IMG/VR virus record: IMGVR_UViG_3300035034_003571 | Span: 32,001-96,000 of that record | DNA from: a virus | DNA: 64,000 nt | Direction: 5' to 3' (one strand) | Shown here: in pieces, positions 38,997 through 47,179 of the stretch | Numbering within the stretch: position 1 is the first letter of the stretch | Layout: every line of letters begins with the position of its first letter | The notes under the pieces: model-generated | Databases searched by the model: none | Told to the model about the DNA's origin: nothing | Seen by the model: the letters and a program-made list of their open reading frames with translations, nothing else | Program-made: the position numbers and the translations under genes

Positions 38997-40721
38997 TTAT
39001 TGGTTTTTGGCTATCAAAGCTTTTTTCTGTTGTGCAGACCTTTGGGCTCCATAACCCTTTGGAACTATTTCGGTAACGGTAATATTTAAACTTCCGGGTT
39101 TATTTTTAACTATTCCTTCATCAAAGAAAAGTCCATCTCTATCTTCGAACCCACCTCTTAGAAGTACTAATTCATCTTTGTCCATAATTATATCTCCATA
39201 TTCGTTAAGACCCAATAATTTTGATTTTTCTCCCGTAGAAAGGTTGTTTAATTCTTTAGTAGTTAATTTATTAGCTTCGTTTTTCTGTCCTATAAAATAA
39301 AAGGAAACTGAATCTATTCCAGGAATACCTTCAATTATAGCTATAATATCTGATTTTGGAACTCTATCTCTTCTTTTTAGGTTTATAAAATATTCACCTA
39401 ACTGGTCCCTGATATTATCCTTTATTATATCTATATCATATCCCTCAAAAACCGTTATTACTGCATTTCCAACATATCTAGTTATACTAGGTTCAAGGAT
39501 TTTAACAACAGTAGAAGCTATCATAGAACCTGAATCTTCTATAAGATTAAGAACTTGTAACCTCTGCGATCTAGTTAACAAGAAATCTTGGATGTCTAAA
39601 TCAAAATAATCCTCGTTGGATTCCAAGTTTAAGTTAACATTTGGAACCAAATAAATATAGATAACATTATCATCCTGTAGATTATTATCATCGAAGGTAG
39701 AAAATGCACTAACCTGAGAAAATACACCAAGTCTTTCTAGAAAAATTTCATAGTTTTCAGCATTAGCAAAAACAAAGGATCTACTAGTTTTAGGTGCAAC
39801 TAACTTTATTAATTCAACAGATTCAGGATCGGCTCCAAATGAGGGATCAACTTCTGGCTTTATTTCTAAATAATTATTTAGATTTACTTCTCTACCAAAT
39901 AAATCCTCTCCAGAATCACTGAATACGAAAGTTAAAGGATTATCCCTAGTTGATACCATATTCCCGGCAAATCCTAAAGATTCTAAATATCTAACTCTAA
40001 TTAAAGATCCTCTTTGTGGAACTTTTCCAAAATTAGTATTTCCAAAATAAATATCTACCCCTGTTGAAATCCCACTTTTAGAAAGAAATCCCCTTCCGTC
40101 ATATGGTATATCATAAAGGGAATCATATTTTTCCCATTTTTCTTCATTAACAAATACATTAACATATTGTTGATCTACATAAGCTCCAGCAATACTATTA
40201 ACATTAAAACTTTGTAAGTTTCTCTGAGTTCCGGTAAAAGTAGATTCTTTAAAAGTTCCTTGAACTATTTTAAATTTCTTTAAATTTCCAGAGGTCAATG
40301 TAAATTTGGTTTTATTTTCATTCATTACTAGGGTATAAAACAAACCATTCTGTTCACATCTAATCCTAGTATTATTATTCAATATTATAGCACCCCCATC
40401 TATATCAGATTCCTTATTGTTCCATTTTAAATAAACTTCCCCTTGAGCAGTAGTTGCTCTTCCTGGATCATAACCTGCTATCCTAGCCAAACTTTTAACC
40501 GAATAGTCTCTAGTAGCTTGCATTATATTTAATTCAGTTATAGAGTCTTCTATAAAATAAAGAATTAACTGAGAAAGGTTCTGTAAAACAAACAGAATTT
40601 GTCCCCATGCAGAAGCAACGGTAAAAACATTTCTTGATTGATCATAAGCTCTCTGTAAATAATCAAAAGAATCTGCTACCAATCCTTGTATTAAAATGTT
40701 GTTTTTCTTGAATATATTCAT
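38997..40721 (-). CDS. Baseplate wedge subunit (T4 gp6 / baseplate J-like)
   Basis: ELNIMQAT..SVKSLARIAGY, IYFGN..FGKVP..GS.I.V.Y, GADPESVE.IK..AP, AENYE. Confidence 0.85.
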   Translation of the reverse strand: MNIFKKNNILIQGLVADSFDYLQRAYDQSRNVFTVASAWGQILFVLQNLSQLILYFIEDSITELNIMQATRDYSVKSLARIAGYDPGRATTAQGEVYLKWNNKESDIDGGAIILNNNTRIRCEQNGLFYTLVMNENKTKFTLTSGNLKKFKIVQGTFKESTFTGTQRNLQSFNVNSIAGAYVDQQYVNVFVNEEKWEKYDSLYDIPYDGRGFLSKSGISTGVDIYFGNTNFGKVPQRGSLIRVRYLESLGFAGNMVSTRDNPLTFVFSDSGEDLFGREVNLNNYLEIKPEVDPSFGADPESVELIKLVAPKTSRSFVFANAENYEIFLERLGVFSQVSAFSTFDDNNLQDDNVIYIYLVPNVNLNLESNEDYFDLDIQDFLLTRSQRLQVLNLIEDSGSMIASTVVKILEPSITRYVGNAVITVFEGYDIDIIKDNIRDQLGEYFINLKRRDRVPKSDIIAIIEGIPGIDSVSFYFIGQKNEANKLTTKELNNLSTGEKSKLLGLNEYGDIIMDKDELVLLRGGFEDRDGLFFDEGIVKNKPGSLNITVTEIVPKGYGAQRSAQQKKALIAKNQ

Positions 40722-40726
40722 TTCTA

Positions 40727-41104
40727 TTAAAATACTTTTAAACTAACTACTGGGATGTTACTATTGTCTCCTGCTACCGGAATATAGAAATCAAAAAGCC
40801 CTATATCTCTCTTAGTTCCTAATTGAAATTTTACATCAAAAGATCCACCAACATTAGAAAATTCGGGGGCGTAAGTAAATATATGCTTTCTAATTTGCTC
40901 TTTTATGGAATCTTCAGATAGATTCATTTCAAATAAAAGAGAATCTAGACCTAGACCAAAAAGCGGATCCCCCAGAACTTCACCTTTATTGGTTAACAGA
41001 AGCATCTTAATTTGACCTATGGCCATTTCTACTTTATCATTAACCTCTAATTGTCCTTCCTTATATCCTGGGTCTGACGGGTCTCTATTGTAAATTTCTT
41101 TCAT
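40727..41104 (-). CDS. Baseplate wedge subunit (gp25/gpW-like)
   Basis: IKMLLLTNKGEVLGDPLFGLGLDSLLFE; next to gp6. Confidence 0.85.
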   Translation of the reverse strand: MKEIYNRDPSDPGYKEGQLEVNDKVEMAIGQIKMLLLTNKGEVLGDPLFGLGLDSLLFEMNLSEDSIKEQIRKHIFTYAPEFSNVGGSFDVKFQLGTKRDIGLFDFYIPVAGDNSNIPVVSLKVF

Positions 41105-41193
41105 AGGAAATTCTTAGTTTCCTATTATATATCACAAGATCCGTGATTGAGAAATTATTTTATTTATGATATATAGAGAAAATACGGCAAGAT

Positions 41194-42477
41194 ATGAATA
41201 ATTTATATGATATATTGAGAGAGCTTAAATCTAGAAAAAATCCCCAAGTTGGTCCAGTTTTAAGGAAGATTAAAAGAGATGAGATAATTATTAAGCATAT
41301 AAACAAAGAAACTAGATTTCTTGATAGTATATATAAAAATATTTCCATTCAGCAAAGATTTTATCACGTATGGTTTAATATAACAAACCCTCCAAAATGT
41401 GAGTATTGTGAAGATGTAAAAAAATTCTCACAATACTCTAGATTTTCTATAGATCAAAATAAAAAGGATTCAAATTATTATAAATATTGTGGAGGGATTA
41501 AATGTATAACCAAAGATTTTATAGAAAGAGGTTGTGGGAATCAAGGGTATGGTGCATTAATAGCTAAAATAAAAAATGATCCGAAATTATACGAAGATCT
41601 TTGTTCAGAAACAAAATTCTTGGATGTTTTTTATGATGATATATCAAATTCCCAAAGATTCTATCACATTTTTTTCGAATCTTACGAAATAGAAAAATGT
41701 GAATTTTGTGGAACCCCGAAAAAATTCACATTTAATGATAAATTTTCTACCAATAAAAATAAAAGGGATTCAAATTATTGTAAATCATGTAATTCAAAAG
41801 AATGTATTTTATTGGCAACTATTAAAGAATCAAAAAAAGGGGTATTTAATAAATATGGGGTTACGAACATTTGGGAAATTCCAGGATATCGAGAAAAATT
41901 AACTAACACGAATTTAATCAAATACGGGAGCGAATATATTATGGGGAGCGAACACTTTAAAGATAAAGTAAAGGAAACTATAAATATTAAATGGGGAGGT
42001 GACCATCCAACTAAACACGAAAAGACTAAGAATAAAAAATACGAAACGAATCTAAAAAAATATGGATTTTCCTGCGCATTACAAAATTCACAAATCCAAG
42101 AAAAACAACTTAAGTCCTGTTTTAAATCTAAAAAATATAAAATGACATCGGGTAAAATTGTTTATGTACAAGGATATGAACCATGGGCATTAGATATTTT
42201 ACTAGCAAAATATCAAGAAAATGATATTATAGTTGATAAAACGGGGATTGAAAAATATATAGGGAAGACGAAATATATTAATGAAAATAATAAAACATGC
42301 ATATATTTCCCAGATATTTATATTAAATCTATTAATGAAATAATCGAAGTGAAATCAGAATACACATACCTAATAAACGAAAACGAAAATATTCTCAAGA
42401 AAAATGCTATACTCAATAAAGGGATTAAATTTTCTTTTTGGATTTTCGACATTAATAAAAACCTAAGAATAATTTAA
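41194..42477 (+). CDS. Free-standing putative homing endonuclease with duplicated Zn-binding region and KYG repeats
   Basis: Two ~100-aa repeats with CxxC...CxxxxC; NKYGV/IKYGS/KKYGF repeats; C-terminal VQGYE...YFPDIYI...IIEVKS nuclease; antisense to neighbours; GATATATA at 41168-41175. Confidence 0.75.
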   Translation: MNNLYDILRELKSRKNPQVGPVLRKIKRDEIIIKHINKETRFLDSIYKNISIQQRFYHVWFNITNPPKCEYCEDVKKFSQYSRFSIDQNKKDSNYYKYCGGIKCITKDFIERGCGNQGYGALIAKIKNDPKLYEDLCSETKFLDVFYDDISNSQRFYHIFFESYEIEKCEFCGTPKKFTFNDKFSTNKNKRDSNYCKSCNSKECILLATIKESKKGVFNKYGVTNIWEIPGYREKLTNTNLIKYGSEYIMGSEHFKDKVKETINIKWGGDHPTKHEKTKNKKYETNLKKYGFSCALQNSQIQEKQLKSCFKSKKYKMTSGKIVYVQGYEPWALDILLAKYQENDIIVDKTGIEKYIGKTKYINENNKTCIYFPDIYIKSINEIIEVKSEYTYLINENENILKKNAILNKGIKFSFWIFDINKNLRII

Positions 42478-42504
42478 CATAATCGATTGATTATCAACAT
42501 ATTA

Positions 42505-43299
42505 TCAATTCCATTGAAGGAAAAAATGCGGAGTATTTTCTCCGTCTATCATATCTTTAACCTCCTGAAGTTCATTTTCTCCGTCGGTTCTTAAGTCTGA
42601 AGGGTTTACCTGGACCCCGCCAGGAAGATTATAGTTGAACGCACTTAGCATTCTCGCTAAGTTTATTTTAGCTCTAGCTATAGTATATCTTACGAATAAT
42701 TCATCGTCATATAATTCATCATCATCCAAAGCAACAAAGCATCTTATAGCTACATCTACTCCTCCTGGATCGAAAGCTCCTTTGTTACTTTGTGGACCAG
42801 ATTCTCCTCCGACTCCACTTCTGTATGGATCCCTACCTAAAATAGTTAGTTTCTTAGAATTTTTATTCCATTTATAGGCAAACGTTTCTAGCATATAAGC
42901 TCTAGCTAAATCAAAATATGAATACATTACTGTTCTATATACTAAGTTGTCTCCCACGAAAGGTGACATTAAAAGTTCAGATCCTAGAAGTTTGGAATCT
43001 CCGAAATCCTTGTCTGGGTTTCCACTTATTCCAGTTCCATTAACTTCTCTAACGTCATGAACCGTTATGATTTTAGCTGGAAGTACTATCTGTCTGGTTC
43101 TTCTAAATTCTTGATGGTTAAAAACCTCACTAGCAACTACCATTACTCTTTCTTCTACAGCGTACTGATAATTATCATACATCCATGCTCTAGCTCTTTT
43201 TATTATCCTTTTAATTTCAGGTTCTTTTAGATTATAAGGTAAAGAACAGCTATGTGAAAGATCATCCTGTATTTCTTTTATTAATTCGGCTTCGGTCAT
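42505..43299 (-). CDS. Neck protein (T4 gp13-like)
   Basis: RYTIARAK...F.YNLPGGVQVN...GENEL, the gp13 LPGGV signature. Confidence 0.75.
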   Translation of the reverse strand: MTEAELIKEIQDDLSHSCSLPYNLKEPEIKRIIKRARAWMYDNYQYAVEERVMVVASEVFNHQEFRRTRQIVLPAKIITVHDVREVNGTGISGNPDKDFGDSKLLGSELLMSPFVGDNLVYRTVMYSYFDLARAYMLETFAYKWNKNSKKLTILGRDPYRSGVGGESGPQSNKGAFDPGGVDVAIRCFVALDDDELYDDELFVRYTIARAKINLARMLSAFNYNLPGGVQVNPSDLRTDGENELQEVKDMIDGENTPHFFLQWN

Positions 43300-43303
43300 C
43301 TAA

Positions 43304-44704
43304 TCAATTATCATTTTTAAAAAAGAAGTCTTTGCTTTTATCGTTCTTATCTTTTAATCTAGAATCAGTAACAAACCTAGCATTTCTTTTTTCCGACCAT
43401 CCTTTAACGGTCTCAGTAGTTTCGCTAATTTTAGCATTTTTAGCAGTATTTCCCGCTCTTAGTACTCCCCCCTCTATATCGCAGTCAATTTTTTTACCTT
43501 TAGAATCTATAAAGCAATCTATTAACTTATTAGAAAATTCAACGGAAGTATCTTTTATTTTACTGTTTTTGATATTGGATCCTCCAGCTACTTCAGAGTC
43601 TATAATTTCACTACCCCCAACTTTACAAGAATGAAAAACACAGTTTTTTATAACTGAATTTTTAATATCACAATTTATTAGATCAAAACCAGAAATATTA
43701 AAAGCGTCTCTTATTTTAGCATCTTTTACTTGGAATCTACCTACACTGGTATCATAGTTCAAAAATCCTCTTTTTAAATTCCCATCCACTATAAGGTCAA
43801 ATATTTTATCCCTTATTGTTGTATAGTAGGTTTTTATATTTTCGTCCCCTCCTTTAAGATCAACTAATATATGAAAGTCAGGATAGTGAGTAAAAAACCT
43901 TTGGGGATTTGAAAAACTACTAACCACGTTTCTATACTCCTTCATCATAGTTTCCAACTTCGAAACATCATCTCTAGAATAACCAGAAATTCTGCCGCTT
44001 AGAATATCATAAATATAAAGACATACATAGTCCATTATTTCCCTGATATCTTTAGATTTTTTCTGGTAATCAAGCCCTCCTATGTAACGGATTTCAATAT
44101 AGCCCTTAGAAAGTTTAGAAAAATTTACCCCATAATACTTATCTTCTGGGATTTTAAATAACTTCGGATCGATATTTCTTATGTTTTCAACAGAAGAAAA
44201 TCTATTCCTAGGTATTACTCTTTTTATAGATTTAGCATATACATTATTTGATCTATTTCCGAATTTTTTATAGATCATTCCTTCATTAAAACCTAAAATA
44301 AATTTGAGCCTATCTATATGTTCTATTCTATTTTTTAAATCAGTATCGAATTTATCGAAGCTTATAGAAAATTGGAAAGAACAAGAATCCGTAGTATACG
44401 CATTCTTGTCTATCCATCTTAGCATTTTATAAAATATTGGTATGGCTTCATTATAAGGTAAAGGTCCCGTTATCAACTCATACATTTTAGATCCTCCTGA
44501 ATAATCAGGTTCTAATTTAAAGGTATTTCTATCAACCTTCATTTTAGAATGGTACTTATCACAAAGCTCTACATTCTTACCAAGAACTTCGGAAATAGAT
44601 TTCCTCATTTCTCCTTTAAGCATTCCAGAAAAGAATTCGAATTCGAATCCTATAACGGAAGAGGCTAATGCAGTTGCTTTATCAAAGTGGTTTCTTTTAT
44701 TCAT
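43304..44704 (-). CDS. Amidoligase-like (COOH-NH2 ligase type 2) protein with C-terminal beta-helix repeats
   Basis: IGFEFEF, EPDYSGG..YELITGP, KYYGVNF, YIEIRY; pentapeptide-like IxNC/IxxS repeats. Confidence 0.7.
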   Translation of the reverse strand: MNKRNHFDKATALASSVIGFEFEFFSGMLKGEMRKSISEVLGKNVELCDKYHSKMKVDRNTFKLEPDYSGGSKMYELITGPLPYNEAIPIFYKMLRWIDKNAYTTDSCSFQFSISFDKFDTDLKNRIEHIDRLKFILGFNEGMIYKKFGNRSNNVYAKSIKRVIPRNRFSSVENIRNIDPKLFKIPEDKYYGVNFSKLSKGYIEIRYIGGLDYQKKSKDIREIMDYVCLYIYDILSGRISGYSRDDVSKLETMMKEYRNVVSSFSNPQRFFTHYPDFHILVDLKGGDENIKTYYTTIRDKIFDLIVDGNLKRGFLNYDTSVGRFQVKDAKIRDAFNISGFDLINCDIKNSVIKNCVFHSCKVGGSEIIDSEVAGGSNIKNSKIKDTSVEFSNKLIDCFIDSKGKKIDCDIEGGVLRAGNTAKNAKISETTETVKGWSEKRNARFVTDSRLKDKNDKSKDFFFKNDN

Positions 44705-45863
44705 CCGATATCATCGCGAAAATTTTTCCTGCTATAGGATCTACCTCATAAATTACTACAGTAGTTTCGTCTCCCGTACCCAAATCTGCTGCACTATGAC
44801 TTAGATTATCATTAGGAACTAAAGCTAATGAACTAATTTCTGGAATTTCTACAAGAACCCCCGTCTTTTTTTTATGCTTAACTTTAGCGCTAAATTTAGG
44901 ATTTTTTCCATTGTTTATTTCAGCCTCAAGTTCATACAACCTTAAAGTCTTTTCTAGTGGTTCAGAAAAGGTTAGAGTTAATCTATTATTATCTCTAACC
45001 TCTTTTACATAGAATTCTATTTCGTCACCTGGGCTAAAGCTACTTAGTTCACTAAATCCACCCAATTCTGTTTTATGAAGTAATCCAGTATAAATATCTT
45101 CCCATTCAACAAAAACTCCAAAACTAGAAGTACCTGTTACTAATCCATGATATTTTTTAGTAAGATCCAATTCTTGAATTTTATGCTCCATTATTTTTTC
45201 AAGATATTTCTTATAAGAAATAATGAAAATATCCTTAGTTGGAATATAACTGTCGACCATAACAGGAATCTCTTTTCCTATATAAGCTTCGAAATCGGTT
45301 ATTTTATTAGCAGCAGCCAAAGATCCTGGAAGGAAACATTTTATTCCAGAAATATTAGCGATATATCCACCTTTGTTAATAGATTCAACTATAGCAGTAT
45401 ATGCAACTTTTTCCTCCTTTATCTGCATAAATAATTCAACTTTTAGACTATCTAAATAGTGATCTATGGCTGAACCGAAGTAATCGTCATTAACCTTTCT
45501 AACTACTAGAGTAATTCCAGTACCTACAGAAAAATCTAACCCAATTATATTTAATTTCTTGGCAGCTTTTAATTCTTTATTTAAGTCCACATATACGGTC
45601 TGTCCGCTTTTAGTGGAAGCAAAAACTTCTCCATCCAAAACACTATCTACCGTACATCCATAGGCTTTCCCCTCGGTTAGATCTTTAGGTTCATATAGTA
45701 TCCCACTATTGAAATAAGCATCATATATGGCCTTATCCTCTTGATTTAAATTTTTACTATTTCTAGATTTTATCCTCTTTCGATAGGTTTTAGCATCTAT
45801 CGCTGATTCCTCATAAGCTTCCCAATCAAATTCTTGGTCTTCTACTACTTTTTCTTTGTTCAT
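44697..45863 (-). CDS. Ribosomal protein S1 (bS1)-like multi-S1-domain protein
   Basis: KGGYIANISGIKCFLPGS, GLVTGTSSFGVFVE...GLLHKTEL, about four OB/S1 repeats; N-terminal EFDWEAYE. Confidence 0.85.
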   Translation of the reverse strand: MNKEKVVEDQEFDWEAYEESAIDAKTYRKRIKSRNSKNLNQEDKAIYDAYFNSGILYEPKDLTEGKAYGCTVDSVLDGEVFASTKSGQTVYVDLNKELKAAKKLNIIGLDFSVGTGITLVVRKVNDDYFGSAIDHYLDSLKVELFMQIKEEKVAYTAIVESINKGGYIANISGIKCFLPGSLAAANKITDFEAYIGKEIPVMVDSYIPTKDIFIISYKKYLEKIMEHKIQELDLTKKYHGLVTGTSSFGVFVEWEDIYTGLLHKTELGGFSELSSFSPGDEIEFYVKEVRDNNRLTLTFSEPLEKTLRLYELEAEINNGKNPKFSAKVKHKKKTGVLVEIPEISSLALVPNDNLSHSAADLGTGDETTVVIYEVDPIAGKIFAMISDE

Positions 45864-45928
45864 TTTTTTAGTTTTAAAACGTGATTATCTTATATATCTC
45901 ATATAAGATTAATTTAAATCTTTATTTA

Positions 45929-46516
45929 TTATAAAGGAATAGAATCTATCAAAGATGTAAGATTAGCAATCTGATCAAACAGAAGAAGTAGAGAAGATGG
46001 CAAAACGTAAAGAATCTCGTTTGCTGCTTTTAATAAACGGCCGAAAGCTGCGGTAATAGATGATAATAATCCAGACAAAGTATTTTTAGAAGTTTTAGTT
46101 AAATTTAAAGCGTATACTGGATTGGGTGCAACTGGAGGTGTTCCGATAGCGGGAGGCAAAAGAATATTTGCTATAATGCTTGTAACGTCAGGTGGAATTC
46201 TTTCAACCCCTTCCTTTAATATTTTATATTCCTGTTTAACTATAGATATTTGTTCGGTAACTGATTTCTTTAAATTAGCTCTTAAAGTTTCCTCCGCCTC
46301 TTCCCTTTTTTCGTTTGCTTCACTAATAGCTTGCTCCTCGTCCATTCCTCTATCTATATTCTCTTGAATTTCTTCGCTAACTATAGTATTATAGGATCCG
46401 AGTCCAGCACTCTTAGCTACTAAATTATTAGTTACTTGATCTTCATTAAGTCCCGGTAAATTTTCGCCCAAATCCCCCAATTTTTTAATCAAATTTTCTT
46501 GCTGTTCTATAGACAT
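45929..46516 (-). CDS. Hypothetical helical protein next to spike gene
   Basis: ORF; PPAIGTPPVAPNP hinge. Confidence 0.6.
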   Translation of the reverse strand: MSIEQQENLIKKLGDLGENLPGLNEDQVTNNLVAKSAGLGSYNTIVSEEIQENIDRGMDEEQAISEANEKREEAEETLRANLKKSVTEQISIVKQEYKILKEGVERIPPDVTSIIANILLPPAIGTPPVAPNPVYALNLTKTSKNTLSGLLSSITAAFGRLLKAANEILYVLPSSLLLLFDQIANLTSLIDSIPL

Positions 46517-46517
46517 T

Positions 46518-47177
46518 CTATTTAGTTTTAGTATTTTTACTTAATACTCCAGAGGGTAAAGGAATAACTGGGGGAGCTCCGGAACTAGGATGAGTATGAG
46601 TATCATAGATTCTTTTAAAAGAATCCCCTTTAATAACAGATTCTATTGCTCCTTCTCCTAATTCTATATTTCTAGAATTCACAATAACTTTCCTTTCCTC
46701 CATTCTTATTTCATCGTCTCCCATTTTTACAACAACTCTAAGATCTCCCCCGTCTCTAGTATCCAATTGAATTTTTGCATTATCTAATTCTAAAAGTAAA
46801 CCATCTCTTTTTGTATATAAGATTTTCAATGGTCCGGGTTCTGACTCTGTATCATATAATAAAACATGAGATCCCTCATATGAATCCCTTATTTCGTCTA
46901 ACATTACTTGGGAATATGAATGGATAAATTCATAATAGATATTATAGTAATTATCTCCATCCATATCTATTCCCACTACCGCACCTACTCTAGGAATGGA
47001 TATGGTTCCAGATGCATTTCCTCCGGCGAAAATAATACCACCAGCTTGATCCGCCCACGGAAGATCTTCGTCTTCTATATCATCAAAAAGACCGAAAACT
47101 CTTATTTTAGCTCTCGCCTGGTATAGAGGATCTTTGTTGTCCACTATAATTCCATATCTAGTCTTTCCTTCCGGCAT
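46518..47177 (-). CDS. Baseplate central spike (gp5-N OB fold / P2 gpV-like)
   Basis: DNKDP...RAKIRVFG...LPWA...IPRVGAVV; C-terminal HTHP metal-binding tip motif; no lysozyme domain. Confidence 0.85.
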   Translation of the reverse strand: MPEGKTRYGIIVDNKDPLYQARAKIRVFGLFDDIEDEDLPWADQAGGIIFAGGNASGTISIPRVGAVVGIDMDGDNYYNIYYEFIHSYSQVMLDEIRDSYEGSHVLLYDTESEPGPLKILYTKRDGLLLELDNAKIQLDTRDGGDLRVVVKMGDDEIRMEERKVIVNSRNIELGEGAIESVIKGDSFKRIYDTHTHPSSGAPPVIPLPSGVLSKNTKTK

Positions 47178-47179
47178 TA

